Part shown: piece after piece, positions 12,529 to 26,649 of the stretch
How positions within the stretch are numbered: position 1 is the first letter of the stretch
Layout of the letters: the number at the start of each line of letters is the position of its first letter
Origin: Octopus vulgaris
Lineage: Eukaryota
Length of the DNA stretch: 64,000 nt
Direction of reading: 5' to 3'
Assembly (NCBI GenBank): GCA_951406725.2
Contig: OX597815.1
Coordinates: 6,200,001-6,264,000, forward strand
The notes under the pieces: model-generated
Seen by the model: only the letters and a program-made list of their open reading frames with translations
Databases searched by the model: none
What the model was told of the DNA's origin: nothing
Translations under genes and position numbers: made by a program

Positions 12529-12915
12529 TATGTGGGCATATTACGTCACGAAACGTGTACAACATAAAATACGAAGTATGAGTACATGGAATATGAACTA
12601 TTTTTTCGAACAACAAAAGATACAACTGGAAAACAAGACAAACAACATAAATAACGACCCATCATCAGTTGTTGGCTGTTTTTCTACTCTCGCATTTTGA
12701 GCATTTAACAACAATATACGCTTTCGATAAAACAGCCGCTCCTGCAAAGCAAATTAAATAAAATTTGGGATTTTGCGGAGGGTCAAAATTGGTAACACAA
12801 ACAGGACAATGAAAACAAACAGGAAGGGCTGCTAAGCCTAAACGAGGTTGTGGTGACATACACGTAAATGAAGCTTGGACAGGAGACAGACAAGAACACA
12901 TCTTCCTTATTCCAG
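12520..12915 (-). mobile_element. Unclassified (TA)n-anchored interspersed repeat (family F)
   Basis: Copies at 14085-14283 (+, inside Tc1) and 26650-27030 (+); related sequence at 57010-57290. Confidence 0.7.
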
Positions 12916-13120
12916 CTGTGTGTGTGTTTGTGCGTGCGCGTGTGTGTGTCTGTGGTATATTAGCGAGCAAAAAATGAGAACGTTTTATAATGTTTTAAAT
13001 TTCGGAAAAGCTAGTAAACGTACAAATTCGCAATTGGTTTCGTCAATACGGTTAGCCATTAGCCAAATTCTGGGAAAAATCTAAATTTGTACAATGGTCT
13101 TAATAAAAGTTAATAACACT

Positions 13121-14638
13121 TATACTAGCTTCATCCAAATGTCTCATGTGCAAAATAAGAGGGCAGTCAAACCAAAAAAATGTTTCAATTGACTCGAAAC
13201 CATAATAATGATTGAAAGAAATGTAAATACGAACTTAACACACTCAGTATGATGTTTGTAGACCTTGATTGGGGATCACCTCTGCACATCGATTGCCACA
13301 GGACATAACAAGTTTCCTGCACAAGTCAGGTGTTACTTTCTTCCGTTCCTCTTCCAAAATCTCCCATAAGTTCGTTGTAGTAATTGGTGTCCTTTGTGTT
13401 ATTTTGTCTCCAAGTATCTTCCAAAGGTTTTCAATTGGATTTAAGTCTGGACTTTGTGCTGGTCACTTCATTGCTTGGATATTTTGTTCACTAAAGAATC
13501 CAGTGACACGTTTTGCTGTACGACAAGGGGCCGTTATTTTGCATGAAAATTCACGGTTGATTCGGAAATGCTCGTAATGATGGGACCACAAGCTGTTTAA
13601 CCAAACTCAAATAGATATTAGCATTAATAGTCCCTTTAATCTGCACTAGAGGGCCAACTCCTTCAGATGAAATCATTCCCCACACCATGACGCGTCGTCT
13701 TCCAAACTCGGCAGATTTCTTCAGGTACTTGGATTTTAGCCGATCTCCTGTGAATCGCCAAACATACTCTCTACCTTCTGAACCTACAAAATTGAATTTG
13801 CTTTCATCGCTAAAATGAACTTTTGACCAATTTTCATCCCTCCAGTTCACATGAGCTTCTTCAAATGAAAGTCTTTCCAATTTATTGTTCTTCTTGCTGA
13901 TGGTAGGTTTCGTGGCCGGGGAACAAGTCTTTAATCCAAATTCCTTCAGACGACGAGACACTGTAAAGCGGCTCACTTCCGTACCATTATGTACTTTTAT
14001 TTTCTTAGAAATTCCAGTCTCAGTCTCGAAAGGATCCTTCAATACGCACGCACGCACAAACACACAGACACAGACACACACACAGCTGGAATAAGGAAGA
14101 TGTATTCTTGTCTGTCTCCTGCCCAAGCTTCATTTACGCGTATGCCACCACAACCTCGTTTAGGCTTAGCAGCCCTTCCTGTTTTTTTTCACTGTCCTGT
14201 TTGTGTTACCAATTTTGACCCTCCGCAAAATCCCAAATTTTATTCAATTTGCTTTGCGGGAGCAACTGTTTTATCGAAAGCGTTTCATGGCTCCATTATC
14301 TCGCATGGTGGTTTTGCGTGGTCTACCAGGTGCCTCGTCTGGTTCAAATCCTTTAGTTTCTTCATAGAGCTTAAGAACACGTGAAACAACACTATTAGAT
14401 CTCTTTAGGTCTCGTGAAATACCGAGAAAGTCATTCCTCAATCTTTCATCCTGACAATTTCTTTTCGGAGATCGGGAGTAAATTTAGCGTGGTGTGCCAT
14501 GTTCGGAAGCTAGCACAATACTGAGACGGTAGTAACATTGAGCCTGCAAATGTAGACAATGTTTGAAATTTTCAGAAATTTCTGAAGGAAACCAATCGTT
14601 CTCTTATTTTGCATATGAGATATTTGGAAGGAACTTAT
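13121..14638 (-). mobile_element. Decayed Tc1-family DNA transposon, interrupted by an insertion at ~14040-14283
   Basis: Minus-strand translation gives VSRFTVSRRLKEFGL, WSKVHFSDESKFN, VMVWGMIS and PAQSPDLNPIENLW. Imperfect TIRs (TCCAAATRTCTCATRTGCAAAATAAGAG) lie at ~13134 and ~14600-14627. Confidence 0.9.
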
Positions 14639-14997
14639 ATAGTTATTTCCCTTACAAACCCGAGCAACGCCGGGCGATACTTCTAGTATATATATACATA
14701 TACATATGTACATATACATACATATATACATACGAAACTTGCATGCATAGATGTATGGTGTGGGAGGGTTAAGACAGAGGAGGGTTAAGGAGATAACCGA
14801 GATAAAACAGGTAAAGTTTTCAGATTTTCTCACACAGAAGAGAAGACCGGGACGGAAATCAGATAACGGGTTCAATCATAGTTTATTGACATAACAACGG
14901 TGTGTTTGTGTGTGTGTATGCGTGTGTGTCTATAATACAGGCATATTTGTATGTATGTGTGTGTGTGTGTGCATATTACTTACATATATTTATGCAT

Positions 14998-15308
14998 GTG
15001 GAGGCGCAATGGCCCAGTGGTTAGGGCAGCGGACTCGCGGTCGCAGGATCGCGGTTTCGATTCCAAGACCGGACGTTGTGTGTGTTTATTGAGCGAAAAC
15101 ACCTAAAAGCTCCACGAGGATCCGGCAGGGGATGGTGGTGATCCCTGCTGTACTCTTTCACCACTCTTTCTCCCACTCTTTCTTCTGTTGGCCTGCTCGC
15201 TTAGCCAGCGGGGTGGCGTCGTTCGAAGGCTAAAACAATGCGAAGCGCATTGTGACCAGCGATGTGTAACGACATCTGATGGTCTGGTCGGTCACGTGAT
15301 CACGTGAT
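14998..15308 (+). mobile_element. tRNA-derived SINE family C (tail type 1)
   Basis: Head GGCGCAATGGCCCAGTGGTTAGGGCAGCGGACTCGCGG...GGTTTCGATTCC; ends in (CACGTGAT)n. Confidence 0.8.
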
Positions 15309-15437
15309 ATTTATGCATATATAATCACATAAATGTATATATAGATATATATGTATGTAAACATGTATGTAAACACACACGTATATATGTATGTGTGTGT
15401 GTGTATAATCCATCACATCCTCCTAAATATGTATGTA

Positions 15438-15887
15438 TTCTTTTATTCTTCTACTTGTTTTAGTTATTTGACTGTGACCATGCTGGAGCACCGCCTTTAG
15501 TCGAACAGATAGCCTCCGCCCGGACTTATTCTTTGTAAGCCAAGTATTTATTATATCGGTCTCTTTCGACGAACCGCTAAGCTACGGGGACGTAAATACA
15601 CCAACATCGGTTGTCAAGCGATTGTGGTGGTGGTGGTGGTGGTGGTGGTGGTGGTGGTGGTGGTGCAAACACAGATACACAAGCATACACACACACATGC
15701 ACACACATACATATATATACATACAAGGGGCTTCTTTCAGTTTCCGTTTACCAAATCTATTCACAAGGCTTTGGCCGGCCCGAGGTTATAGTAGAAGACA
15801 CTTGCTCGAGGTACCATGAAGTGGGACTGAACACGGAACCATGCGGTTGGGAAGCAAGCTTCTTACCACGCAACCACGCCTTTGCCT
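15438..15887 (-). mobile_element. SINE family A
   Basis: Match to family A. Confidence 0.8.
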
Positions 15888-15901
15888 GTATACAAATATC
15901 A

Positions 15902-16357
<456 letters not shown>

Positions 16358-16474
16358 GTTTGTTTGTTAGATAGGTTAGTAGGTAGTTGGCGAACTTGTT
16401 TGCAAGATTACAATCTTCTAAGGAAACCAGAGAATTCACCACCAGGTAAGTAACAAAATATTGACTTCATATTT

Positions 16475-17230
16475 TGGCACAAAGCCAGCAGTTTCGGGGG
16501 TGGGGGAGGGGGCTAAGTGTATTACATCGACCCCCAGTGTTCAGCTGGTACTTACTTTATTGATCCCGAAAGGATGAATGGCAAAGTTGATCTCAACGGA
16601 ATTTGAACTCAGAACGCAAATACGGATGAAATGCTGGTAAGCTTTTTCCCCGGCGTGCTAACGATTCTTCTCCACTCTAGGCACAAGGCCCGAAATTTTT
16701 TTTGGGGGGGGGGGGCGGGGGCAATCGATTAGATCGACCCCAGTACGCAACTGGTACTCAATTTATCGACCTCGAAAGGATGAAAGGCAAAGTCGACCTC
16801 GGCGGAATTTAAACTCAGAACGTAAAGGCAGACGAAATACCTATTTCTTTACTACCCACAAGCGGTTAAACACAGAGGGGACAAACAAAGACAGACAGAT
16901 GGATTAAGTCGATTACATCGATCTCAGTGCGTAACTGGTACTTAATTAATCGACCCCGAAAGGATGAAAGGCAAAGTTGACCTCAGCGGAATTTGAACTA
17001 AGAACGCAGCGGCAGACGAAATACCTATTTTTTACTACCCACAAGCGGTTAAACACAGAGGGGACAAACAAGGACAGACAAACGGATTAAGTCGATTACA
17101 TCGACCCCAGTGCGTAACTGGCACTTAATTAATCGACCCCCGAAAGGATGAAAGGCAAAGTTGACCTCGGCGGAATTTGAACTCAGAACATAAAGATAGA
17201 CGTGCTAACGTTTCTGCCAGCTCGCCGCCT
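16475..17230 (-). mobile_element. tRNA-derived SINE family B, tandem array
   Basis: Repeated GAGTTCAAATTCCGCCGAGGTCGACTTTGCCTTTCATCCTTTCGGGGTCGAT on the minus strand, four body units. Confidence 0.85.
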
Positions 17231-17499
17231 TCTGGCACGTACGACTACTGGCTGAGGTTCAGCTAAACGGTATTTCCAGCTTTAAACTTTTATCTCGTAT
17301 CTTATGCAACTGGATTCGATCATGGTGGGGATAAATAGTGTTGGCCCTGTACTTTTGTGTGATGATTACCCTAAGGATACCCTTAATGATACCCGGAAGA
17401 TATCCCTTAGCATACGAAACATGAGGTAACGAGATGTTTAACGCTATAGGTAACACATTGCACACACACACACATGTTTACGCGGGCGCGCGTGTGTGT

Positions 17500-17541
<42 letters not shown>

Positions 17542-17843
17542 TGAAAGCACGTGGCTTAGTGGTAAAGGTATTCGGCTTACGATCGCAAGGTCGTGAGTTC
17601 GATTCCCAGCGGCGCATTGTGTCCTTGAGCAAGACGTTTTATTTCACTTCATTTGCTCCACTCCTTTCAGCTGACCAAAATGAGTAGTACCTGCAATTCA
17701 CTGGGCCAGCCTTGTCACATTCCGTGTCACGTTGAATCACCGTGAGAATTACATTTAAGGGTACGCACTTTAATTTCACGAGCAGGCTGTTCAATTGATC
17801 GAAGCAACAAGTGCACTCATCGTCGTAACCGACGAAGCGTCAG
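17542..17843 (+). mobile_element. tRNA-derived SINE family D
   Basis: tRNA-like head GTGGCTTAGTGGTAAAGG...GAGTTCGATTCCC; 3' body shared with family C tail type 2. Confidence 0.7.
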
Positions 17844-18027
17844 TATGTATATACGTGTGTATATCTTTATATGTGAGTCTGAGTGTACACAAGCATATAC
17901 ATACATTCATACACGCAACACTTACCCACAATCCCATTGAACAGGTGTTTTTCTCAACCAGCCACAATGCCCACCTGAAGATTCGTGTATAAAACTTTTT
18001 AAGCGGATGCAAAGCGGCTGTAACCGA

Positions 18028-18760
18028 TATACGTGGTCTGATCAATAAGTATCCGGACTGTTGCCATAATGACGAAGCTAAAGCACGCAAAGTGAAGCCG
18101 CTTGGCTAAGATTGACCTTGGATGCTGTTGTGCATGCGCACTGAGTTTTAACGTTCTAGACCGCTTCCGCTATTTACAGCAGTGCTTGGTAATAAGGTGT
18201 GTAGCGTGTGATCGTCGCATTGACCATGACAGAGAGAGTTGTCATGGTGATAACTGCTCAGAAGCCAACGCAAAGTTGCAGAAAGTGTATGGAGAGGAGT
18301 GTATGAGCTGCATACAAGTGTATGAGTCGTTCAGACGTTTCCAAGATGGCTGAAAAAATGTCGATATTAACGAACGTTCTTGGAGACCCTCAACCAGCAG
18401 AACTGAGAAAAACATCACAGATGTGTGTGTAGCTGAGAAGGGAAATTGTCGAATCACCATCCGTGAGTTATCAGAGGACGAATAGTTCAGTCCATTATCA
18501 CTGAAGATTTGGGGATGAGACGCGTGTCTGCCAAGTTTGGGTCAACATTCATTTCAGATGACCAAAAAGACATTCCTTGATTGTGTTGAGAACGATGAAA
18601 ACCTTTTGAAAATTTGCTTAGCCCTCTGAGTAGGTATCGCCAAGCTTTTGGCAAAATTTGATGCAGATTGTCTCTGCTCAATTTCCTCTGTGATGGTCAA
18701 TGCGACGATCACACGCTACACACCTTCCTTCCAAGCACTGCTGTAAACAGTGGAAGTAAG
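18028..18760 (+). mobile_element. Non-autonomous mariner derivative with extended internal inverted repeats
   Basis: Mariner-like terminus TACGTGGTCTGATCAATAAGTATCCGGAC. Transposase N-terminal remnant reads KLQKVYGEECMS..VYESFRRFQDG..ERSWRPSTS..RITIRELSE..EDLGMRRVSAKF. Segment 18175-18243 is inverted at 18678-18745. Confidence 0.8.
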
Positions 18761-18790
18761 CTAGAAGGTTGATGAAAGTGATGATGAAGG

Positions 18791-18836
<46 letters not shown>

Positions 18837-18895
18837 GGTGATGATGATGATGATGAAGGTGATGGTGATGATGATGATGATGATGATGATGAAGG

Positions 18896-18938
<43 letters not shown>

Positions 18939-18940
18939 GG

Positions 18941-18979
<39 letters not shown>

Positions 18980-19503
18980 CGATGAAGATGAATCATTTCG
19001 AGCTGAATGACATATAGGTAAGGAATAACTGACGAAAGTGGAGGATTATAATCAGATTTCGTCGTCATAGAAATTATTCCTCTTAAAACCTCAGAAATAT
19101 CTTGAAGACACACCACCGCCGCCTACGCTACCACCACCACCACCACCACCATTGTGTTTTCAACACGGATTACTTACCATAGGAAAGACTACTTGGAAGC
19201 TTTGTTTCACCGATGAATCCACAATAAGGCGTATATATATATATATGTAGCTGTAACTATTCTCGTTGTATGTTTAGGCCCAGGTCAGCCCCTGACCAAG
19301 TAGAACTATTTATGAACGGTCTAAGCAATTCCAGTTATGTGGCCATTTCAAACAGTAGTCAGTGTATTTTTAGGTCTATACTAGCAGTTCTCAAACTATT
19401 TCTAACCATCGCCGCCCCCTTCTTTTACTAACACTTTTTCCAACCCTCCCTTTTTACTTGAACGATTCAGTAAAATTAGAATCATATGCGTGCACACACA
19501 CAA

Positions 19504-19535
<32 letters not shown>

Positions 19536-19871
19536 ACACACACATACACACACACATATGCACCCACGTGTCTTTACTGAATGTACGGAAGGACCAACAC
19601 ATTTTCACTTCATCTTTTTATATTCGTTTCTACTCTAGGCACAAGACCGGAAATTTTGTTGGGGGGGGGGGGGCAGTCGATTATATCGACCCCCAGTACT
19701 CAACTGGTACTTAATTTATTGACCCCGAAAAGGCGTAAGGCAAAGTCGACCTCGACGGAATTTGAACTCAGAACGTGAAGACAGATACTTTTATTTATAG
19801 TTTACATGCATAAATGGAAAATAAAAATATATTCGATTTTATATATTTACTTAGTCACATTTCGAAGTGTA

Positions 19872-19936
<65 letters not shown>

Positions 19937-20424
19937 GAGTGAGAGTGCAGTGCATGCCATCGAAGAGACACTGGGGTAAAACATACGAAGCGCAATATAC
20001 CCATCATGACTACCCGTCTGATGTGCGTGACATGGTTATCTCATAAACAGCGCATGACCTTGCAGGTGGGGGCCCAGTTAAGATTTTTTTTCAAGTCGAG
20101 TAGCTCATCCCACTCAAAAGGTCCCTGAATAAGGATTGTTTAAGGATGTTGAACGAACCACCCATGTTTCCAAAGGTGAATTATCCAAACCACAAAGAAT
20201 CCCTCTCAACACATGGCTATGATGCTCCCCCACTACTTCTGCTTGTGATCAGAGATGCACATATCGTCAGCTACTAAGGGACATGACAAGCAAATCTGTG
20301 GTATAGAGCAGAATATTTGCTGTAGGCCATCTTTTATACCAAGACAAAACAATGTACATGATAACACTACCAATCAGTTAAGATCAGCAACCATGAGAGA
20401 CACTGTCTGGTACTGCATCAGGGC
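19937..20424 (-). mobile_element. ~555-bp (TAA)n-embedded element, copy 3 (internal deletions)
   Basis: Same termini as 601-1156, flanked by (TTA)n. Confidence 0.8.
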
Positions 20425-20480
20425 ACTTATTATTATTATTATTATTATTATTATAATTATTATTATAATTATTATTATTA

Positions 20481-20780
20481 TATGTTTAACTTTTTGCTTT
20501 GTATTTGTACAAGTTGGCTCCAAGTCTCAACCAGAGACAACAAGTAAAAGTTCATGTTGGAGTTATGCCAAGGGTACCAGATATTTGGTTTTGCACAAAG
20601 TATTATTCAAGAGAATGTTTAAGAAAACGTAAGAAAATTATGAGTTTGTTTTAAAATTTGAGATTACATAGACAGTATTTTACGTAGGAGATGGGCAGTT
20701 CGCATGAGCACTATCTTTTGATTTCTTGCCTTTTTGGGGTTTCCTGCTATCTGAACTAGGTAGCAATGAGCCCTTTTTGC
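20481..20780 (-). mobile_element. R4/Dong-type LINE 3' end in (TAA)n
   Basis: Minus strand ..QKIVLMRTAHLLRKILSM* plus 3' UTR, between (TTA)n tracts. Confidence 0.75.
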
Positions 20781-20923
<143 letters not shown>

Positions 20924-21600
20924 TATTGTCTTTGCAAAGCTTCAAACGCTGGAGATGTACTACGGTGTCAGCTGTTCACTACCAGTGAATTTAAGGTAAC
21001 ACTGCTTATTTTTCGAGCCCCTTCCGGAGTATTCGAGCGGTTCCAAGCAGTGCTGTTTTCTGCAAGTGCTCCACCCTTATTGCAGCCCCTAAATGTTCGA
21101 CGTACTTCTCGAGATTTTTGTTCACTGTTCCCAGGGCTCCGACAATTATTGGTACTACTACCACCTTTTTCATCAACCACAACTGCTTAACCTCCCAAGC
21201 TAACCTGTCACATCTCTCGACTTTTCTTTCTTCCTTATCACATACCTTGTTGTCAGCTAGGCATGCTATATCTATGATTCAGCATAGTTTGTTTTCTTTT
21301 TCAATTAAGACTATGTCTGGTTTCCTATTCTCTATCGCATGGTCGCTCTGAATCATCAAATCTTATAGGATCTTTACATTTCTATTTTCGACGATACCTT
21401 CGGGTTTGTGGTCGTACCAATTTTTTGCTCTGTCAAGTCCATACTTGCTGCAAAATGTCCAATGGACAAGCCTTGCTTGTGACGTCTCTTATACTCCTTC
21501 TGGGCTAGTGGCGTACATTGGCTGGTAATATGCCATCCGGTTTCACCATTTTGTCCACAGATTCTGCACTTATCACTTTATGCGGTGTTGTATATTCTGT
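20924..21600 (-). mobile_element. R4/Dong-type LINE fragment (CCHC knuckle plus RLE domain), decayed
   Basis: Minus strand CRICGQNGETGWHITSQC (CCHC), WYDHKPEG, RKPDIVLIEK, IIDIAC, VVVVPIIVGALG and LQKTALLGTARILRK. Confidence 0.9.
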
Positions 21601-21900
21601 CTTTTTGTCCACAGATTCTGATTCTGATTATTATTGAGTGAGAGAGCAGTGCATGCCATCAAAGTAACACTGGGGTACAAATATACGAAGCCCAGTATAC
21701 CCACCAATATTACCCGTCTGATAAGGGTACACTAGGCACATGCATCACAACCATATGTGCGCGACATGGTGATCTCATATCAAGATAAATAGCGCATGAC
21801 CTTGCAGGTGGGGCCCAGTTAGAATTTTCTTCAGGTTGAGTAGCCCATCCTGTTCAAAAGGTCCCTGAATCGGGGTTGTTTAAGAATGTTAAACGAAACG

Positions 21901-22862
21901 GCAGGGGCGGTAGGGGCGGTCCTCCCTGGGTGGCACTTGTAAAGGGGCACCACTTTTGGGTCTGTTGTAGGCAATGTGTGTTTTGTGGGGTCCGGGGAGC
22001 GGCAAACGGAAGGGCGGTCCCGGGTGCGAAGTTTTGTTTTCCCCACGAAAGTTAAGGACCCCAATGTTGAATTCATTTGCATACAGCCAATCAAAGCTCA
22101 CGTTGACCATGTCAAGTTAACAAAGGTTGGCATTCAAAATGTAAGTCGACTTATCACCAAGTTTTATTATGCCTTTTTTTTTAGAAGGAGACAAGAAATT
22201 AGATAGATTTGCATCTATACCTATTATCGGCTTTTATTAGGGCCCCTTATGTTAAAGATGAGGATGGGAAAAATAAGAGAAAAGAAGCATTGTCATTTCC
22301 TTACCCAAGTGACTTTTTAATCTCATCGCCCATCACTTATTCGCTCACTTATTCGGAGCAGTCCGTCGGTTACGACGATGCGGGTCCCAGCTGATACGAT
22401 CAACGGAACAGCTTGCTCGTGGAATTAACGTGCAAGTGGCTGAGCACTCCACAGACACGTGTACCCTTAACGTAGTTCTCGAGGAGATTCAGCGTGACAC
22501 AGAGAGGAACAAGGCTGGCCCTTTGAAATACAGGTACAACAGAAACAGGAAGTAAGAGTGAGAGAAAGTTGTGGTGAAAGAGTACAGCAGGGTTCACCAC
22601 CACCCCCTGCAGGAGCCTCGTGAAGCTTTAGGTGTTTTCGCTCAATAAACACTCACAATGTCCGGTCTGGGAATCGAAACCGCGATCCTACGACCGCGAG
22701 TCCGCTGCCCTAACCACTGGGCCATTGCGCATCCACGCTCATAAATTAGTTTGATAGTTGAGCTCTGATTGGCTGTATGCAAATGAGTTCATAACTGAGG
22801 TCTGGAACACCCGTGGGAAAAAAAAAATTTGCTCCCGGGGCGGCATACACTCTAGTTACGAT
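21901..22862. mobile_element. Putative non-autonomous TIR element (hAT-like) with subterminal inverted repeats, carrying a nested SINE
   Basis: 22010-22100 is inverted at 22759-22842. A shorter related copy lies at ~31310-31428. The superfamily is tentative. Confidence 0.5.
22362..22737 (-). mobile_element. SINE family C (tail type 2)
   Basis: Head matches 14998-15170; 3' half matches 60190-60383. Confidence 0.8.
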
Positions 22863-23017
22863 AATGCAACCCCCTTTATCACCTGTACCCAGATAAATTT
22901 ACTGCCACTAGGACCATCCAAGAAAAACACACGCCCCTAATATTATCCCCTTTTAATCCCAAATTAATATATATTGACATTGATGAGTACAGGTGTGGTT
23001 GGGTGGCAAGAACCTTG

Positions 23018-23575
23018 CGGTGAGCTGGCAGAGACGTTAGCACGCTAGGCGAAATGCTTAGCGGTATTTCGTCTGTCGTTACGTTCTGAGTTCAAATTCC
23101 GCTGAGGTCGACTTTGCCTTTCATCCTTTCGGGGTCGATAAATTAAGTACCAGTTACGCACTGGCGTCGATGTAATCGACTTAATCCCTTTGACTGTCCT
23201 TGTTTGTCCCCTCTGTGTTTTTAGCCACTTGTGGGTAGTGAAGAAATAGGTATTTCGTCTGCCGCTACGTTTTGAGTTCAAATTCGGCCGTGGTCGACTT
23301 TGCCTTTCATCCTTTCGGGGTCAATTAAAATAAGTACCAGTTTCGCACTGGGGTCGATTGTCTATCCTTGTTTGTCCCCTCTGTGTTTAGCTCCTTGTGG
23401 GTAGTAAAGAAATAGGTATTTCGTCTGCCGCAACGTTTTGAGTTCAAATTCCGCCGAGGTCGACTTTGCCTTTCATCCTTTCAGGGTCAATTAAAATAAG
23501 TACCAGTTACGCACTGGGTTCGATGTAATCGACTTAATCCGTTTGTGCCCCCTTGTGGACAGTAAATAAATAAGA
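23018..23575 (+). mobile_element. SINE family B, one head plus three tandem body units
   Basis: GCTGGCAGAGACGTTAGCAC head; units restart at GGTATTTCGTCTG. Confidence 0.85.
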
Positions 23576-24431
23576 GGCTTGCTTCCCAATCACATGGTTC
23601 CGGGTTCAGTGCCGCGGCGTGTTCCTTGGTCTCTCGAGTCTCTACTAAAAGAAACTGAAAGAAGCCCGTCGCGCGCGCCTGCGTGTTTGTGCGCCGCTTG
23701 ATAATCGGTGTTTGTGTTAACTTAGCAAATTCAACAAAAAAAAAACCGATACCAAAACTAAAATACTGGGATTCATTCGACTAAAAAATTCCTCAAGGTG
23801 GGGTGCTCCGGCATGGCCGCAGTTTGAATGGAGAAACAAAGATAAAAGGATAAAAACACGTATCCTCCAATTCAGTGGTCAGGGAGGGGGTACCTTTGCA
23901 GGGAAGAGCAAAGAAGAAAGGAGGAGGGTTTTTTTAAATAAACCTCTCCTTTTTTACTTTTCCTTACGCCGAAATTTCAAATTGGAACATAACTGATGTC
24001 TCTAAGGTATCAAAGGAATATAAACTATAAGATATTATATATATATATATATATAATGTGTATCGCTCGATACGTCTAGTGTGTTTGTGTGCGTGTGTCG
24101 GTGTGTATATACGTGTTAATAAAGTGTACGATGCCCACATATAAGGATATACACACACTCGCACATACACATGTATATATATACACGTATGTGTTTGTGT
24201 GTGAGAGTATTATATACTTTTGAACGCAAACTTCAGCAAGTCTGTGTTTAATCACTTATCAAGCGTACAGGGGAAGAGCTGGCACGCGTGCGTGCGTGTG
24301 TGTGTGCGTGTGTGTAGAGGTATGCGTGTGTATGCGTGCGTATGTGAACATGCTTGTTCACCTTTATATATATTGTGCACGCGCATGTGTATCAGAACAC
24401 GCCAATTCGCCTACGTATTACGTGAGCGTGT

Positions 24432-24531
<100 letters not shown>

Positions 24532-24615
24532 AATATATATATGTGTACATATATATATATATATGTGTGTGTGTGTATATATTTGTATATCTATATATAT
24601 AGATGTGTATAGCTT

Positions 24616-24669
<54 letters not shown>

Positions 24670-24691
24670 AGAAAAAAGTGTACGTACGCCG

Positions 24692-24734
<43 letters not shown>

Positions 24735-24843
24735 TCTATGTGTACATATATATATATATATGTAGATATATGTATATGTATATGTCTGTGTGTGGGCGTG
24801 GGCGTACATGTCAGTGTAAGTGTGTTGGTGTGCGTGTTTGTGC

Positions 24844-24915
<72 letters not shown>

Positions 24916-25046
24916 GTGTGTGCAGTTGCCTAATTCCGTCTCTTTTACGCTTGTCAGCCTTAAAACAAAACCCGTTTTGCTATCGTCAGTCCATCACCAA
25001 TCGGTGCGTGTCCAGGCCGATGTTGCTATATCCCACGTGATAACTC

Positions 25047-25089
<43 letters not shown>

Positions 25090-25889
25090 AGAGTTCCCTA
25101 TCAACCCGCCCCTCCACTGCCCTCACCTCCATCGTGTTTATTTAACACGAATCTCCGTTAAACATCATCTGGTGTCACAGCTGTAAATAGACCAAACAAC
25201 AGATGTACCGACATCAGAGCAGTTTTGTTGTGAAGGGATGCAAACACATGCAAATTGCACGCACGTTTTAGCGTGTTTACGCGAACCTGTGTGTATGCGT
25301 GCACGCACATAAGCACACATACATGCGCTTTACTTTTTCCCCTCATTCGACTGCGGCCACGCTGGGGCACCGTGTTGAAGAACTCAGCCCAGTTGTTCTC
25401 AACCTTTTTAATATCTGGGCCAGATCCAAAATTCGGATTTCTTTAGGGAGCCACACCAAAAAAAGTTGAACAAAAGACATTTAAAGAAAAGAAAAATAAT
25501 ATGTTTATTTCTTGAGGGAATATCGTCGAGGGCCGCCGGAAGGATGCTTGAGGGCCGCTGGTTTACTTGAATTTTTTAAATTTCTTTTTAAGTCTGAGTG
25601 GCTGTGTGGTAAGTAGCTTGCTTACCAACAATATGGTTCCGGGTTCATTCCCACTGCGTGACACCCTGGGCAAGTGTCTTCTACTATAGCCTCGGGCCTA
25701 CCAATGCCTTGTGAGTGGATTTGGTAGACGGAAACTGAAAGAAACCCGTCGTATATGTGTATGTATATATATATATGTGTGTGTGTGTGCGTGTGTGTGT
25801 GTGTGTGTTTGTGTGTCTGTGTTTGTCCCCCCCCAACATCGCTTGACAACCGATACTGGTGTGTTTACATCCCTGTAACTTAGGTGTTG

Positions 25890-26360
25890 TACAACCCTTA
25901 TTGGATCTAAAATTTTAGTTTTCTGCAATAGCCGGCGAGGCACAGTGATGAACATGGAAGTCGCGGCTGCGAACCCAGGTAAAGCCAACCGCGGGTACAA
26001 TGACCTCATGCACGGGCATTGCTGGCATTTTGAATGTGCAATGGTCAGTGATGATCTTCCTCGGTCTTAAGTGGACAGCCATCATGCTCATAACATACGG
26101 ACGTCTTTCGGCCTTTATAAGTCACTCCAGTGCCACCCGTCCTCGAATATTGCATCCAGGCCTCAAACCCATATCTCCAGAAAGACATTCAGCACCTGGA
26201 ACGGGTTCGCCACTTAGTCACCCGAATGGTCGCGGGCTTGTCTAAGCTTATGTATGAGGAACATCTCCAAGATCTGGCATTACCTCCACTCGAATGACGG
26301 AGGATGCGAGAAGATCTCATCCTGGCTTTCAACATCTTCAACGGGAATGTAAATATACCT
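25890..26360 (+). mobile_element. Decayed CR1-type LINE fragment
   Basis: LEYCIQASNPYLQKDIQHLERV..TRMVAGLSKLMYEEHLQDL..RRMREDLILAFNI, homologous to 45600-45825. Confidence 0.75.
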
Positions 26361-26649
26361 CCTCTTCTCCCACTATTCTATCATATTCCTCTTTCATTTT
26401 TTCTCTCTTCCTTTCTCTTCTTCTTCTTCTTCTTCTTCTTCCTCCCCTTCTCCCCCTCCTGTTTTTTGCTTACTTATGCTATCTCCAAATCTTTTCCTCT
26501 CCCCTTCACAGTTCTGTCTGTCATTATCTCTCCTTCACTCTTCCTCCCTTGTTCACGTGAGCTCCTGGCTCCCACGTGACCATCGACCATCTTTCTTTCT
26601 TCTCCTAACTTATGTTTCTTACCTTCTCACCGTTGTAGCTGGATCAAGA

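Noticed and set aside
15002-15075. tRNA-like sequences (also 17545-17612, 22665-22735, 60008-60075)
   Set aside because: They are SINE heads continuing into SINE bodies, with no complete cloverleaf or terminator.
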